A stretch of DNA of 63,372 nt, the filler included, from a bacterium (lineage in GTDB: Bacteria; JAJRZV01), in NCBI GenBank assembly GCA_024275095.1. It is 8 parts of 7 records of this genome, joined end to end, with 100 filler letters (N's around TTAATTAATTAA, not from the genome) between each part and the next. Parts side by side here need not be neighbours in the genome. Positions count along the whole stretch, not along the records: positions 10,358 to 15,968 come from JAJRZV010000042.1; positions 16,069 to 29,665 come from JAJRZV010000043.1; 6 more parts are not named here. The stretch is one strand, 5' to 3'. Made by a program: the position numbers and the translations under genes. Position 1 is the stretch's first letter, and every line of letters begins with the position of its first letter. Positions 10,358 to 20,061 of the stretch are shown piece after piece. The notes under the pieces were generated by a model. The model ran no database searches. It had not been told where the DNA came from and was given only the letters and a program-made list of their open reading frames with translations.

Positions 10358-11511
10358 ATCATCATATAACCTCCTGGGCAAGAGGATGAAAAGTATCAGA
10401 AAATACAAATTCAAAACCAGGAAGTTTCCTTTTTGAGATTTTCTCACCCCATCCAGGAATATGAGAAAAAGGATTTTATCTGCATTTTCTTCATCAGGCA
10501 GGATTTCCATCACTTTGAGCCTGCGTTTTACTTCTTCGAACAGTCTTTCAAGCTGATTTATGGTGTAGATGAATCTCCTCGTCTCAAGGGGGAATTCAAG
10601 GAATCTGAGGAGATCATCAAAATTTTCCTCCCATAGCTTCACCACCTTCGGATAAATGCGCTGAAATTTGATTTTGAAATCCTCAAGAGCCTGTTTTGCT
10701 TTTTCTTTGTTTTCTGCCCGGTAAATCCTCTTGAGCATAAAAGACACTTTAGCCCTGTCACATACCCTTACCCTGGAAAGTGTGTATCTTATCGCATGCA
10801 TTACGCATCTTTGATACTTCGAAGACGGAAAATGCCTCAATACCCGTTCTTTGAGCCCTTTAAGAACGTCTCAGACAAAAAGATGAACGTGCTTAACGCC
10901 TCTTTCCTTAAGCTCCTCAAGTATCTCATCCCATATCCCGGCACTTTCTCCCTCACTTCCTCCAAGCCACCACCCCAGTATTTCTCTACCCCCATCTTCT
11001 TTTATCCCCAAAGCCACATATATGGGCTCCTTTGATATTTTTGCCCTCCTCAGCGAAAAATACGTGGCATCAAGAAATATCACTGCGTATCTCTCCTCAA
11101 GAGGTCTCTTTCTCCATTTTTCCACCTCCTCCAAACCCACCTCTGCCATCCTGCTTATGGTAGATGCTGATAGTTTCGCCCCATATAATATCTCAAGCAC
11201 TTCTGCCAGTTTCCGCTGCGATATGCCTGCTATGAAAAGTGCCTTTATCACTTCTTCTACGTCTGCCGTATATTTCTTCCTGTAGGGCAAAATCACGCTC
11301 CTGAAGTTCCCATCCCTCGTCCTCGGCACCCTCAGGTCCTCTATCCCCATAAGCCCGGCCCGAAGCTCCCTCGTGTAACATCCGTTACCTTTCGTCCCAG
11401 GATGATTCTTTAAGTATTCTTCCCTCTCCTCCAACATCATCTCCTCAAGTGCCTTCTTTACCATCTCCTTCGGAGTTATATAATTTCCTTACCATTTAGT
11501 TCTCTCTTCAT
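10358..11511 (-). pseudogene. IS256 transposase pseudogene
   Basis: Premature TGA at 10873-10871 (LFV*DVLKG), a frameshift near 10842, another near 10430, and a disrupted 5' end after ATG 11511. Confidence 0.85.
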
Positions 11512-11649
11512 TTTTCACCTCCTGGGTTTTTGGTCTTTCTCTCGCCCAGGAGGTTATTTTATTTTCTATATAGGGGTTTTCCGCGGGTATGTTCCTGGCA
11601 CCCGTTACCTTCATGCTATCTCCCCAGACACAATTCATAATACACAACC
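10358..11649 (-). mobile_element. IS256-family insertion sequence, degenerate, right end cut by contig
   Basis: Transposase motifs NG.Y.R, L.VPRTRDG.F, FLDA, YVALGI..DG.REILG, QRC..H, IYT.N.LER...EVKRR. Left-end-like sequence GGTTGTGTATTATGAATTGTGTCTGGGG at 11649-11622. Confidence 0.9.
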
Positions 11650-11715
11650 AAAAACATCTAATATTTTTTGTTTATATAGTTTTTAATGCATTCCCTCTCG
11701 TTTGGCGTGCTGGCC

Positions 11716-11731
11716 TGTGATCTTCGTCACA
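11716..11731. promoter_or_regulatory. CRP/FNR-family consensus operator
   Basis: TGTGA-tcttcg-TCACA, a perfect TGTGA-N6-TCACA, in intergenic DNA. Confidence 0.5.
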
Positions 11732-11813
11732 CCAGTCCGGTAAAAAGCAGCGTAATTTGTTGCTGTATAAATAAATTGTTCGTCAATAAATATATTTATC
11801 TCCTTTTATATGA

Positions 11814-11843
11814 TTGACACGCAGGGCGAATACAAGATAACAT
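11814..11843 (+). promoter_or_regulatory. Putative sigma70 promoter
   Basis: TTGACA, 18-nt spacer, TAACAT, just upstream of GTG 11853. Confidence 0.45.
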
Positions 11844-11852
11844 ATTTACATC

Positions 11853-14800
11853 GTGGGGCGTGCCCGAGGGAGCAAATATTTTTATCTGGCTGTTACATTA
11901 TCCATTCTAAATCTCCTGGGGTGTACACAGAAGGACCGTTTTGTTCCTCTTCCCAGGGAGGTGCAACCGTCCCTGGTTTATACCGACGAAGCCACGAATA
12001 TTGAGGTTCGAGGCGATAATTTCCTGCCGTCATTCTTGGTCAACCCCGCTGCAAGCGCTGCGGTAAGGACTGTTGAATATCCGGCAGTTGAACTGAACCA
12101 TTTTGACAAAGAGCTTACACAGCCGGTTCGCCTCTCCCTCGTTCAATGGAATTCTTCCGAACACATGATAGTACGTGTCCCTGCTGGCATGCCTGAAGGA
12201 TACTATGACTTGTACGTGATTAATCCGGATGGAAGTCGGGGTGTTCTTGAAAAAGCCCTGCGGGTTTCCCGGTTCAAAGAGGTTGTTATGGATGATGCAA
12301 TACCGGGTGAAATTTCCAACTCGGCCACTACCACCGTGGAAATCACCGGTGATAATTTTGTCGAAGGCCTCACGGTGGTGATCGGAAATCAGGTCTTTTA
12401 TCCCGAGGTGATCTCACAGCAGGTCATTAAAATTACCATCCCCGAGGGTTTCCCTGCAGGTGAGTATTTGCTGTATGTTTATACCCCGGAAGAAGAACCA
12501 CAGGTATTTGTTTCCTCGTTCAGACTCACGGTTCTGGAGGGAGCCTCTGTAAGTGTGGTTTCAATAAGCAATCCCGCCTCAGTATCACAGGGTCAAAATG
12601 ATGTGAAAGTGGAGGTTGTACTTTCTAATCCGGGTGAGGCGCCGCTTCGCGTTACTGAAATCAACCTGATTTTTCAGATGGACGGGGTTGACCTTGCTGA
12701 CGATTATACGGTCGCGCCCGATGAAGATAACCCGGTGATAATAGCGGGTGGAGGCACTGGTGTATTTCTCTTCAGTGTGAATGTAGCACCCGATGCTTTA
12801 ACCGGCCATGTTGATATTGGAGTGAGAGTGTACGGCGCAGATGTGCTTTCGGAAACACCGGTAAGCGATGAACGATTGCTATCTGGGTGGAGGGTTGATG
12901 TACCTCCCAGTCTCGTATACGTGCCGAATACGCTTTCTCCATCGCAGGTATGGCAGGGAGATCTGGTCGCATTTACATTGCAGGTGACAAATACCGGTGG
13001 TGTGGGTGTAACCTTCACCCAGGGGACAGTAATGTATTTCGGAGACGGCAGTGTCACATTTTCCGCCGTGATTACAGCCACCACCGGGGGTGACCTTTTT
13101 GTGGATGCCGGTGTCACGGAAACAATATTTTTTTCGAGCGAACTCATTCCTGGCACCATTATTCCAGACTCATATCCTGTTAATGTGACCTTTTCAGGAA
13201 CCGACACGAACGAGAGTTCTTATGTCAGCACTTACTCGCTGGGTACAAGTGGTACCGTGACCATTCTTGCAGATACAACTCCACCGGATACTTTCATCGA
13301 TTCAAGCCCTCCAAGCGTGACAAGTGATACCTCGGCGACATTCGCATTTTCGTGTAATGAAGCCTCGTGTACCTTCGAATGCGACCTGGATAGCGGGGGA
13401 TGGTCCGCGTGTACTTCTCCTCTCACGTACACCGCACTTGCTGATGGTTCTCACACCTTCTCCGTGAGGGCCATAGACGCCTCCCTCAATGTGGACCCGA
13501 CCCCTGCAACCTACGTGTGGGTAATTGATACTATTGCACCTGATACGTCACTTCTGTCTTATCCCGCTGATCCCACTTACGTGACCTCGGCCACATTCAC
13601 ATTTTCCTGTAATGAGGCATCATGCACATTTGAGTGTGATTTGGATGGTGCAGGATATACGTCCTGCAGTTCTCCTCAGACATACGATAATCTTTCCTAC
13701 GGCACCCATACCTTCTCTGTCCGGGCTATCGACGAGGCGGGGAATGTGGACACTTCACCGGCAGCTTATACCTGGACAATAAAAAGAAGGGCGGTGCTCA
13801 GCATAAACACGGTATTCACCACGCCTGAGTACGTATCCCAGGGACAGGAAAACATCCCCGTAACCATCACCGTAAGCAACCTTGGGGATGCTGACGCAAA
13901 TATTACCTACGTTGCGCTTACTTTTACAGGGACGGCAGATCGAACCTCTGAGTATACTGTCGTTCCGGATCCTTCCAATCCTTCGGTGATTACAGGTGGA
14001 AGTGAGGAAACATTTACATTTTCCGTAACTGTTTCTTCTTCTGCAACCACAGGGGAAATAATTGTGATAGATGCCGTCATTTACGGCACAGACGTGGATT
14101 TTGGAAATGTGGTTACTGATGATTCGGCAACGACCACCGATTCGTGGATAGTTCAGGTGCCGTGTACACTTGATGTGACCCTGTGGGCGTATCCAGCCAC
14201 CGTCTCAGTTACCCACTCGTTTGTGGTGTCCATGACCGCGACCAATACAGGGGAAGCGTCCTGCCTCCAGGTAACACCCCTGGACCTCTTTGTTACAGGC
14301 ACAGGAAGTGTGGTGCTCAGCTCTGGTCCTGATCCCCCGTCTGTAAATACTCTCACGGGCGGGTATTCTGCTTCGTTCACCTGGGTTTATGTGGCAAAGG
14401 CGACAGGATATGTCAATTTTATCGGGGCCGCGGCTGGCTACGATGCCAATACCGGTGAACTCGAGCTTTCTCCGTACGAGCAATCCAACAGCGTAACCAT
14501 TACCCTTGCTGAAACGGCTTATTTAGTGACTTACGTATACGCCGTTCCGTTTTTCGTGTTTTCGGGTGAGAGGATTTACATTGATGTGCGCGTGGAAAAC
14601 CAGGGAAGCAACAGCGCGACGAATGTGACGCCTTCTCCAGTTACCTATATCGGTTCCGGCAGCGCGGTGTTTGAAGCCGGACCTTTTCCATCCTCTGCCA
14701 CCATTGCACCTGGAGGGGTCACGGAATTCATCTTTTATTTCAGGGGAGAATCTCCTGTAAGCGTGACGTTTTTTGCCAGTGCCTCGGGATATGATTCTGT

Positions 14801-15968
14801 CACGGGAGACTACACTGCATCCAGCACGGCGCGGTCCAACGAGGTTGGTATATCTGAAACAACTGACTGTATCTCCAACGAGGTCATCGCTGATGCAGGA
14901 GAGAACCAGGCCATTACCTGCGGTGGATGTGCTGTTATCGGCGGTTCACCCGCGGCGTCCGGTGGAGTGGGGCCGTATCTCTATCGCTGGAGTCCGGCGG
15001 AAGGACTTGATGACCCGACTGCCCCGAATCCGAATGCATGTCCTGCTCAGGACACTGTGTACACCCTTATAGTCATAGACTCCCGTGGATGCAGAAGCCG
15101 GGAACGTTCCACGGTGCTTGTGGATGTTACAGATGCTCCTGTTGCCAGCATTTCCACCACGCCTGACCCACCGGTGGTGTGCACAGGCGATCCCATAACG
15201 TTCGATGCCTCGGGCTCTACAGGCGGCACAGCGTATTACTGGGATTTTGAGGGTGACGGCATTATAGACTCCACAGACCCTGTAACCACTTATGCCTATA
15301 CATCCACAGGGATTTACACAGCGCACCTTTACGTTTCTTCTGAAGGCGGTTGTGTGGACGAGGCGAGTGTGGATGTTTACGTGGGTGAGCCGGGTGGTCC
15401 TGTGGGGCCCGTGACACTGACAGCCTCGCCCGGGAGCATCACGGCCGACGGATTGAGCACCTCCACCATCACATCCAGCGACATCGTGGACTGCACCGGT
15501 GCTCCTGTTGCAGCCACCGTGTACGTCACCATAATGGCGGACAAGGGCGTTATCACCACACCTGATGCACTCACAGGCACTCCGGGCATTCAGGTGTACG
15601 TGAACACGGGCAGTGTCTCTTTCACGCTTCGTTCGGATAAATTCGAAGGTGAAGCAGGCGTGCATCTGGTTTCTCAAAACATGCTGGCACGGGGCTACAC
15701 ATCCGTGACGTTCACGCCTCCTTCAAGCAGTCCGCCGGTGGTGCTGGAATTTTATCCCTCTGGCTGGACGGACGAAGAAGTTGAGAGTGTCACTGTGAGA
15801 TTCAATAAGCCCATGCAGGCCTCTACCGTCGAGAATTCCAGCAACTTCCAGGTGTTGAGAGATGGTGTTAGCTCCGTGACCGGAACGAGAAGGTACTATC
15901 CTTCCCATTACACGGCAGTATTTATTCCGTCAGAGCCACTTAACACGAGGTCAAATTTTTACAAGGTG
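11853..15968 (+). CDS. Large multi-Ig-domain surface lipoprotein (IPT/TIG-, PKD-, Big_5-like modules), 3'-truncated
   Basis: Lipobox LLGC; T/S/V-rich beta repeats; PKD-like FDASGS..YYWDF.GDG; C-terminal V.FNKPM Big_5-like module; >1370 aa open to the contig end. Confidence 0.85.
13272..13781 (+). repeat. Two tandem 85-aa (255-bp) Cys-containing Ig-like repeats
   Basis: DT.PPDT...SATF.FSCNEASCTFECDLD...C.SP.TY..L..G.HTFSVRAID...NVD..PA.Y.W starting at 13272 and 13527. Confidence 0.9.
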
Positions 15969-16068
15969 NNNNNNNNNNNNNNNNNNNNNNNNNNNNNNNN
16001 NNNNNNNNNNNNTTAATTAATTAANNNNNNNNNNNNNNNNNNNNNNNNNNNNNNNNNNNNNNNNNNNN
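15969..16068. other. Artificial contig linker
   Basis: N-run + TTAATTAATTAA + N-run. Confidence 0.98.
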
Positions 16069-16158
16069 CGTAAATATATCAATACTGTTTCAATATGTCA
16101 CTGTGGTTGGAGTGTGGCTCTCAACATCTCTATAACATCAAGGTTTTTAATTTATTAC

Positions 16159-16186
16159 TTGACTATTAAATCTTTCATAATATAGT
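16159..16186 (+). promoter_or_regulatory. Putative sigma70 promoter (possibly leaderless transcript)
   Basis: TTGACT, 16-nt spacer, TATAGT; ATG 10 nt downstream and no obvious SD. Confidence 0.45.
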
Positions 16187-16195
16187 GTCACTTTC

Positions 16196-16813
16196 ATGGG
16201 GAAGCCTAAGAAGGCAACCAAGAAAAAAGTGAGCGTGAAGGAAGTGGAAGCCATTGTCAGCGAACTGCGTATTGGTGAAGTCATCAAGCGCCTGCGCAGA
16301 GCCAATCGGTGGTCACGAAGAGAACTGGCCCGGGCTGCAGGCATTTCTCCTGCCGCGGTGTACAAGATCGAAAACGACCAGATGGTGCCTACAGTGGCCA
16401 CAATTGTGAAAATTGCCCGTGCACTTAGAAAAAATATCCAGGATATCCTTTCTATTGATGCACACGAGGAATTTACTGTTGTAAAAAGCGGGGAGCGTCT
16501 TCGATTTAATACCCCGGAATTTCCCATGACTGTGGAACGGATTTCCGGTGAACTGGCAGGACGCCGACTGGAAGCGGGGATTATCGTGTTGAAGAAGGGA
16601 TCTCCTGTGGCCAAGAAACCCATGATCCACGAAGGAGAAGAAATACATTTCATACTCAAGGGGAAGGTCTCGTACACCATAGGTGGTCAGACAGTTGAAC
16701 TTTCCAGAGGGGATAGCATTCACTTTTTCGCCCGCAACCCTCACACCTGGAAAAACGTGGGAGAGGGCGAGGCTGAGGTTCTCGTTGTGATTACACCTTC
16801 CCCCTTCGTGTAA
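16196..16813 (+). CDS. XRE-family HTH plus cupin transcriptional regulator
   Basis: IGEVIKRLR...ELARAAGIS...KIEN...PTV.TI.KIA.AL; cupin HEGEE...G.V...GDSIHF....PH.W.N. Confidence 0.93.
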   Translation: MGKPKKATKKKVSVKEVEAIVSELRIGEVIKRLRRANRWSRRELARAAGISPAAVYKIENDQMVPTVATIVKIARALRKNIQDILSIDAHEEFTVVKSGERLRFNTPEFPMTVERISGELAGRRLEAGIIVLKKGSPVAKKPMIHEGEEIHFILKGKVSYTIGGQTVELSRGDSIHFFARNPHTWKNVGEGEAEVLVVITPSPFV

Positions 16814-16833
16814 AAAGCTGATATAAAAGCTTC

Positions 16834-17553
16834 ATGTCTTCTGAGTGGCGGATTGTTTATGCTGCCGAGGGGGTTGCTGTATTCGAGGCCTATAACATTG
16901 TACAGAAAGCACCGTCTCATCTAAGGGAATGGAAGCATGATTTTTCGTTTGCCACGTGCATGGTCACCAGGCACCGCTCTTCATCCTGGCTTTCGCGCGT
17001 GATTACCACCCTGAAAAGAGGGAAGGGCCGCTTTGTTGCACGCACTTACAGGAAACTTTGCGATAACGGTATACCGGTACCTTCTCTTTTTTTTGTAATT
17101 GAACAATGGCGGGGAGGCTTTTATAAAGGCGCCTGTATGGGCTGGCATTTTATTTTTTCTTATATCAATTTGCGGGACTGTCTCGGAATAAAAGAGTGGT
17201 GGAAACATTATATTCCTTCTGCTGCCGGGTTGCTGAAAAAGATCCATGACAGAGGCTTTTTCCACGGTGATTTTAACACGGCGAACATCCTCTTTGACGA
17301 AAGAGGTCGGGTATATGTAATCGATATTTTGAGGACAAGGCGACTTACGTTTCCTTCTCTTATGTGGCGTGTCATTGATATGCTGAGCCTGGAGCTCACG
17401 CACGAACAATATCGTTTGTTTCTTTTTCATTACGGGTGGAGATCCCGTTTGGCTGCTACAGGAGTTTATATTCTTTCTCTCGTGCGACGCGCGTATAAAA
17501 TTTCACTGCGGTCCTTCAAGTGGGCGCTGGAAAGGTACATTTTTACCTGGTAG
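16834..17553 (+). CDS. Lipopolysaccharide kinase (Kdo/WaaP/InaA)-like protein
   Basis: KIHDRGFFHGDFNTANILF...YVID kinase-like motifs. Confidence 0.7.
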   Translation: MSSEWRIVYAAEGVAVFEAYNIVQKAPSHLREWKHDFSFATCMVTRHRSSSWLSRVITTLKRGKGRFVARTYRKLCDNGIPVPSLFFVIEQWRGGFYKGACMGWHFIFSYINLRDCLGIKEWWKHYIPSAAGLLKKIHDRGFFHGDFNTANILFDERGRVYVIDILRTRRLTFPSLMWRVIDMLSLELTHEQYRLFLFHYGWRSRLAATGVYILSLVRRAYKISLRSFKWALERYIFTW

Positions 17554-17565
17554 AATGTCTATACA

Positions 17566-18975
17566 GTGCGGTCTTTTCTAATTCTCATAGCGACAGGCCT
17601 TTTTGGAACATGGTGGATCACTTCTTGTGCCCATGTTCTGCCTTCTTCGGGACCTGAGAAAAGGAAAGAAACCTCTGTTGAAGCATACGGGGAATCACAA
17701 ACATACACAGAAGAGCTGACCGGCGATATTATTGGAATACTTGAGAGTGTTGAGCTCGCAGAAGAGGCTGAAAAGTCCGTTCCTTTGGAGGAGCAGTTTG
17801 ATATTCCTGTTGCTCTTAATGAGAAAGTTCAGTTTTTCATTAATTATTTCACCGGGAAAGGACGCTCAATTTTTTCGCGCTGGCTCCAGCGCTCCACCCA
17901 GTATATGGATTTGATGAAGTCCATTCTCCGCGAAAATGGGCTTCCGGAAGATCTCGTTTACATGGCTCTTATCGAAAGCGGGTTTAATCCTCATGCGTAT
18001 TCTCGTGCACGGGCTGCAGGACCCTGGCAGTTTATGAAGGCCACTGCGCGACGCTATGGTTTGAGAGTGGATTTCTGGGTGGATGAGAGGCGTGATCCCA
18101 TTAAATCCACCATTGCAGCTGCAAAGTACCTGAAGGACCTTTACGAAACGTTTGGCCACTGGTTTTTGGCAGCGGCTGGATACAATGCCGGTGAACGAAG
18201 GGTTCTGAGGGCGATGAGGGTGACGGGCAACCGGGATTTCTGGTATCTGGCCCGGACACGCTATTTAAAACGCGAGACCCGTGAGTATGTTCCCAAGCTC
18301 ATTGCTGCAGCACTCATCGCAAAAAATCCGGAAAAGTATGGATTTAAGATAGACCCTCTTCCTCCGTTTGAATTTGATGTGGTGAATGTCGAAGGTGTTG
18401 TTGACCTCGCTGTTGTGAGTCGCGTTTGTGGGATCAGATTTAAACAAATTCGCAGGTTGAATCCCGCGTTGAGGAGATGGTTCACCCCGCCCGACGTGAA
18501 GGTTTATCCCCTGCGAGTGCCCAAGGGAAAGGGAGAGAGCTGTCAGCGTGCGCTCAAGCGTGTGCCCAGGAAAAAGTGGGTTCAGTTCAAAAAGCACAGG
18601 CTTCGCCGGGGTGATACGTTGTGGGAGCTGGCGCTTAAATACAGGACATCTGTCCGCGAAATTATGCGCCTCAATGGTTTGAGAAATCCGAGGCGAATTC
18701 GCCCGGGTATGACTATTGTTTTACCTGTAAGAAAGGATGCCAGACCACGTCGTATATACCTGGGAAGAGGACGTAAGTTGTATGTGACAACCAAAGCGCC
18801 CGGACGCAAGGCCGTATTTTACAAAGTAAGACCCGGAGACACACTGTGGGATATTTCCAATCGTTTTGGAGTGAGCATCAGGGATCTCAAGCGCTGGAAT
18901 CGCATTCCCCGTCGCAACCTGCTCAGGCCCAACGATACGCTCGTCATTTTTTTAAGAACGGACAGGGAAGGATAA
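17566..18975 (+). CDS. mltD: MltD-like lytic murein transglycosylase with LysM domains
   Basis: IESGFN...SRA.AAGPWQFM, DERRDP..ST.AA, YNAGE, ETR.YVPK; two C-terminal LysM (GDTLW) repeats; lipobox TSC. Confidence 0.9.
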   Translation: MRSFLILIATGLFGTWWITSCAHVLPSSGPEKRKETSVEAYGESQTYTEELTGDIIGILESVELAEEAEKSVPLEEQFDIPVALNEKVQFFINYFTGKGRSIFSRWLQRSTQYMDLMKSILRENGLPEDLVYMALIESGFNPHAYSRARAAGPWQFMKATARRYGLRVDFWVDERRDPIKSTIAAAKYLKDLYETFGHWFLAAAGYNAGERRVLRAMRVTGNRDFWYLARTRYLKRETREYVPKLIAAALIAKNPEKYGFKIDPLPPFEFDVVNVEGVVDLAVVSRVCGIRFKQIRRLNPALRRWFTPPDVKVYPLRVPKGKGESCQRALKRVPRKKWVQFKKHRLRRGDTLWELALKYRTSVREIMRLNGLRNPRRIRPGMTIVLPVRKDARPRRIYLGRGRKLYVTTKAPGRKAVFYKVRPGDTLWDISNRFGVSIRDLKRWNRIPRRNLLRPNDTLVIFLRTDREG

Positions 18976-19010
18976 TTCAATTATAAAAAACAATTTTTAA
19001 GGAGGGATTT

Positions 19011-20054
19011 ATGGCAGGACCATCTCCCAGTGTTAAAGATCTTCTTGTTTTGGAGAGCCCGGAGGCGGAAAGACCCGGGCGCGGGGTTTTTCGTTTTTCC
19101 GACCGCTACTCAGTGTTTGACTGGGGTGAAATGCCCGATCACATAGAGGATAAAGGCCGGAGTCTGTGTGTTGTAGGAGCATATTTCTTTGAAAAAATGA
19201 AGGAAGCGGGCATTCGTACCCATTATAATGGTGTTCGGGTGGGAGGAAAATGTGTCAACTTGAATTCAGCGACTTCTCCTCCGGAAGAGATGGAGGTTAC
19301 GCTGGTGCGTGTCATTCCTCCGCAATTGAAGAACGGCCGTTACGACTATTCAGCATATAAGGATGTTCACCGCAATTACCTTATTCCTCTGGAGGTGATT
19401 TACAGAAATGCCTTGCCACATGGTTCAAGCGTGTTTCGGCGCCTGGAAAAAGGCGTTTTAAAGCCCGAAGATCTTGGAATTGATCATTTCCCTGAGCCAG
19501 GTGAACGCCTTCCTCAGCCCTATTTTGATCTTTCGACAAAGCTGGAAAGCACCGATCGTTACATTACCTGGAAAGAAGCCGCGGAAATTGCTGGGATTAC
19601 TGATGAAGCACTTGAAGAGATAAAACAGGTGCTATTTTCCGTGAACAATTTGATTACAGAGGAAGTGGAGAAGCTGGGACTGATCAATGAAGACGGAAAA
19701 ATAGAGCTGGCATATGATGGCGAAGGTCGTCTTATGGTTGTGGATGTGGTGGGAACCATGGACGAGTGTCGTTTTTCATACAGGGGTTTTGCTGTATCAA
19801 AGGAAATTCTGCGGATTTACTATCGTAAAACTCCGTGGTACCAGAAGGTGGAAGAGGCGAAAAAGAAGGACCCTGTCAACTGGAAGAATTTTGTTGATGA
19901 AGAGCCGCCTCATCTCCCCCCGGAAGTTAAAAAGGCAATAGAAGATACCTACCGGGCCTTTGCCAATGACTTGACGGGTCGTTCCTGGTTTGAGAATGTA
20001 CCTTCCTTCGCTGAAGCGGTGGAACACCTCCGGCAGGTAATGAAAGAGGCCTGA
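19011..20054 (+). CDS. purC: SAICAR synthetase, long archaeal-type
   Basis: SVKDL, FSDRYSVFDWG.MPD, IPLEVIYRN, STKLE..DR, DGKIE, DVVGT.DE.RF, SKE.LR. Confidence 0.88.
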   Translation: MAGPSPSVKDLLVLESPEAERPGRGVFRFSDRYSVFDWGEMPDHIEDKGRSLCVVGAYFFEKMKEAGIRTHYNGVRVGGKCVNLNSATSPPEEMEVTLVRVIPPQLKNGRYDYSAYKDVHRNYLIPLEVIYRNALPHGSSVFRRLEKGVLKPEDLGIDHFPEPGERLPQPYFDLSTKLESTDRYITWKEAAEIAGITDEALEEIKQVLFSVNNLITEEVEKLGLINEDGKIELAYDGEGRLMVVDVVGTMDECRFSYRGFAVSKEILRIYYRKTPWYQKVEEAKKKDPVNWKNFVDEEPPHLPPEVKKAIEDTYRAFANDLTGRSWFENVPSFAEAVEHLRQVMKEA

Positions 20055-20061
20055 AAAGGCT

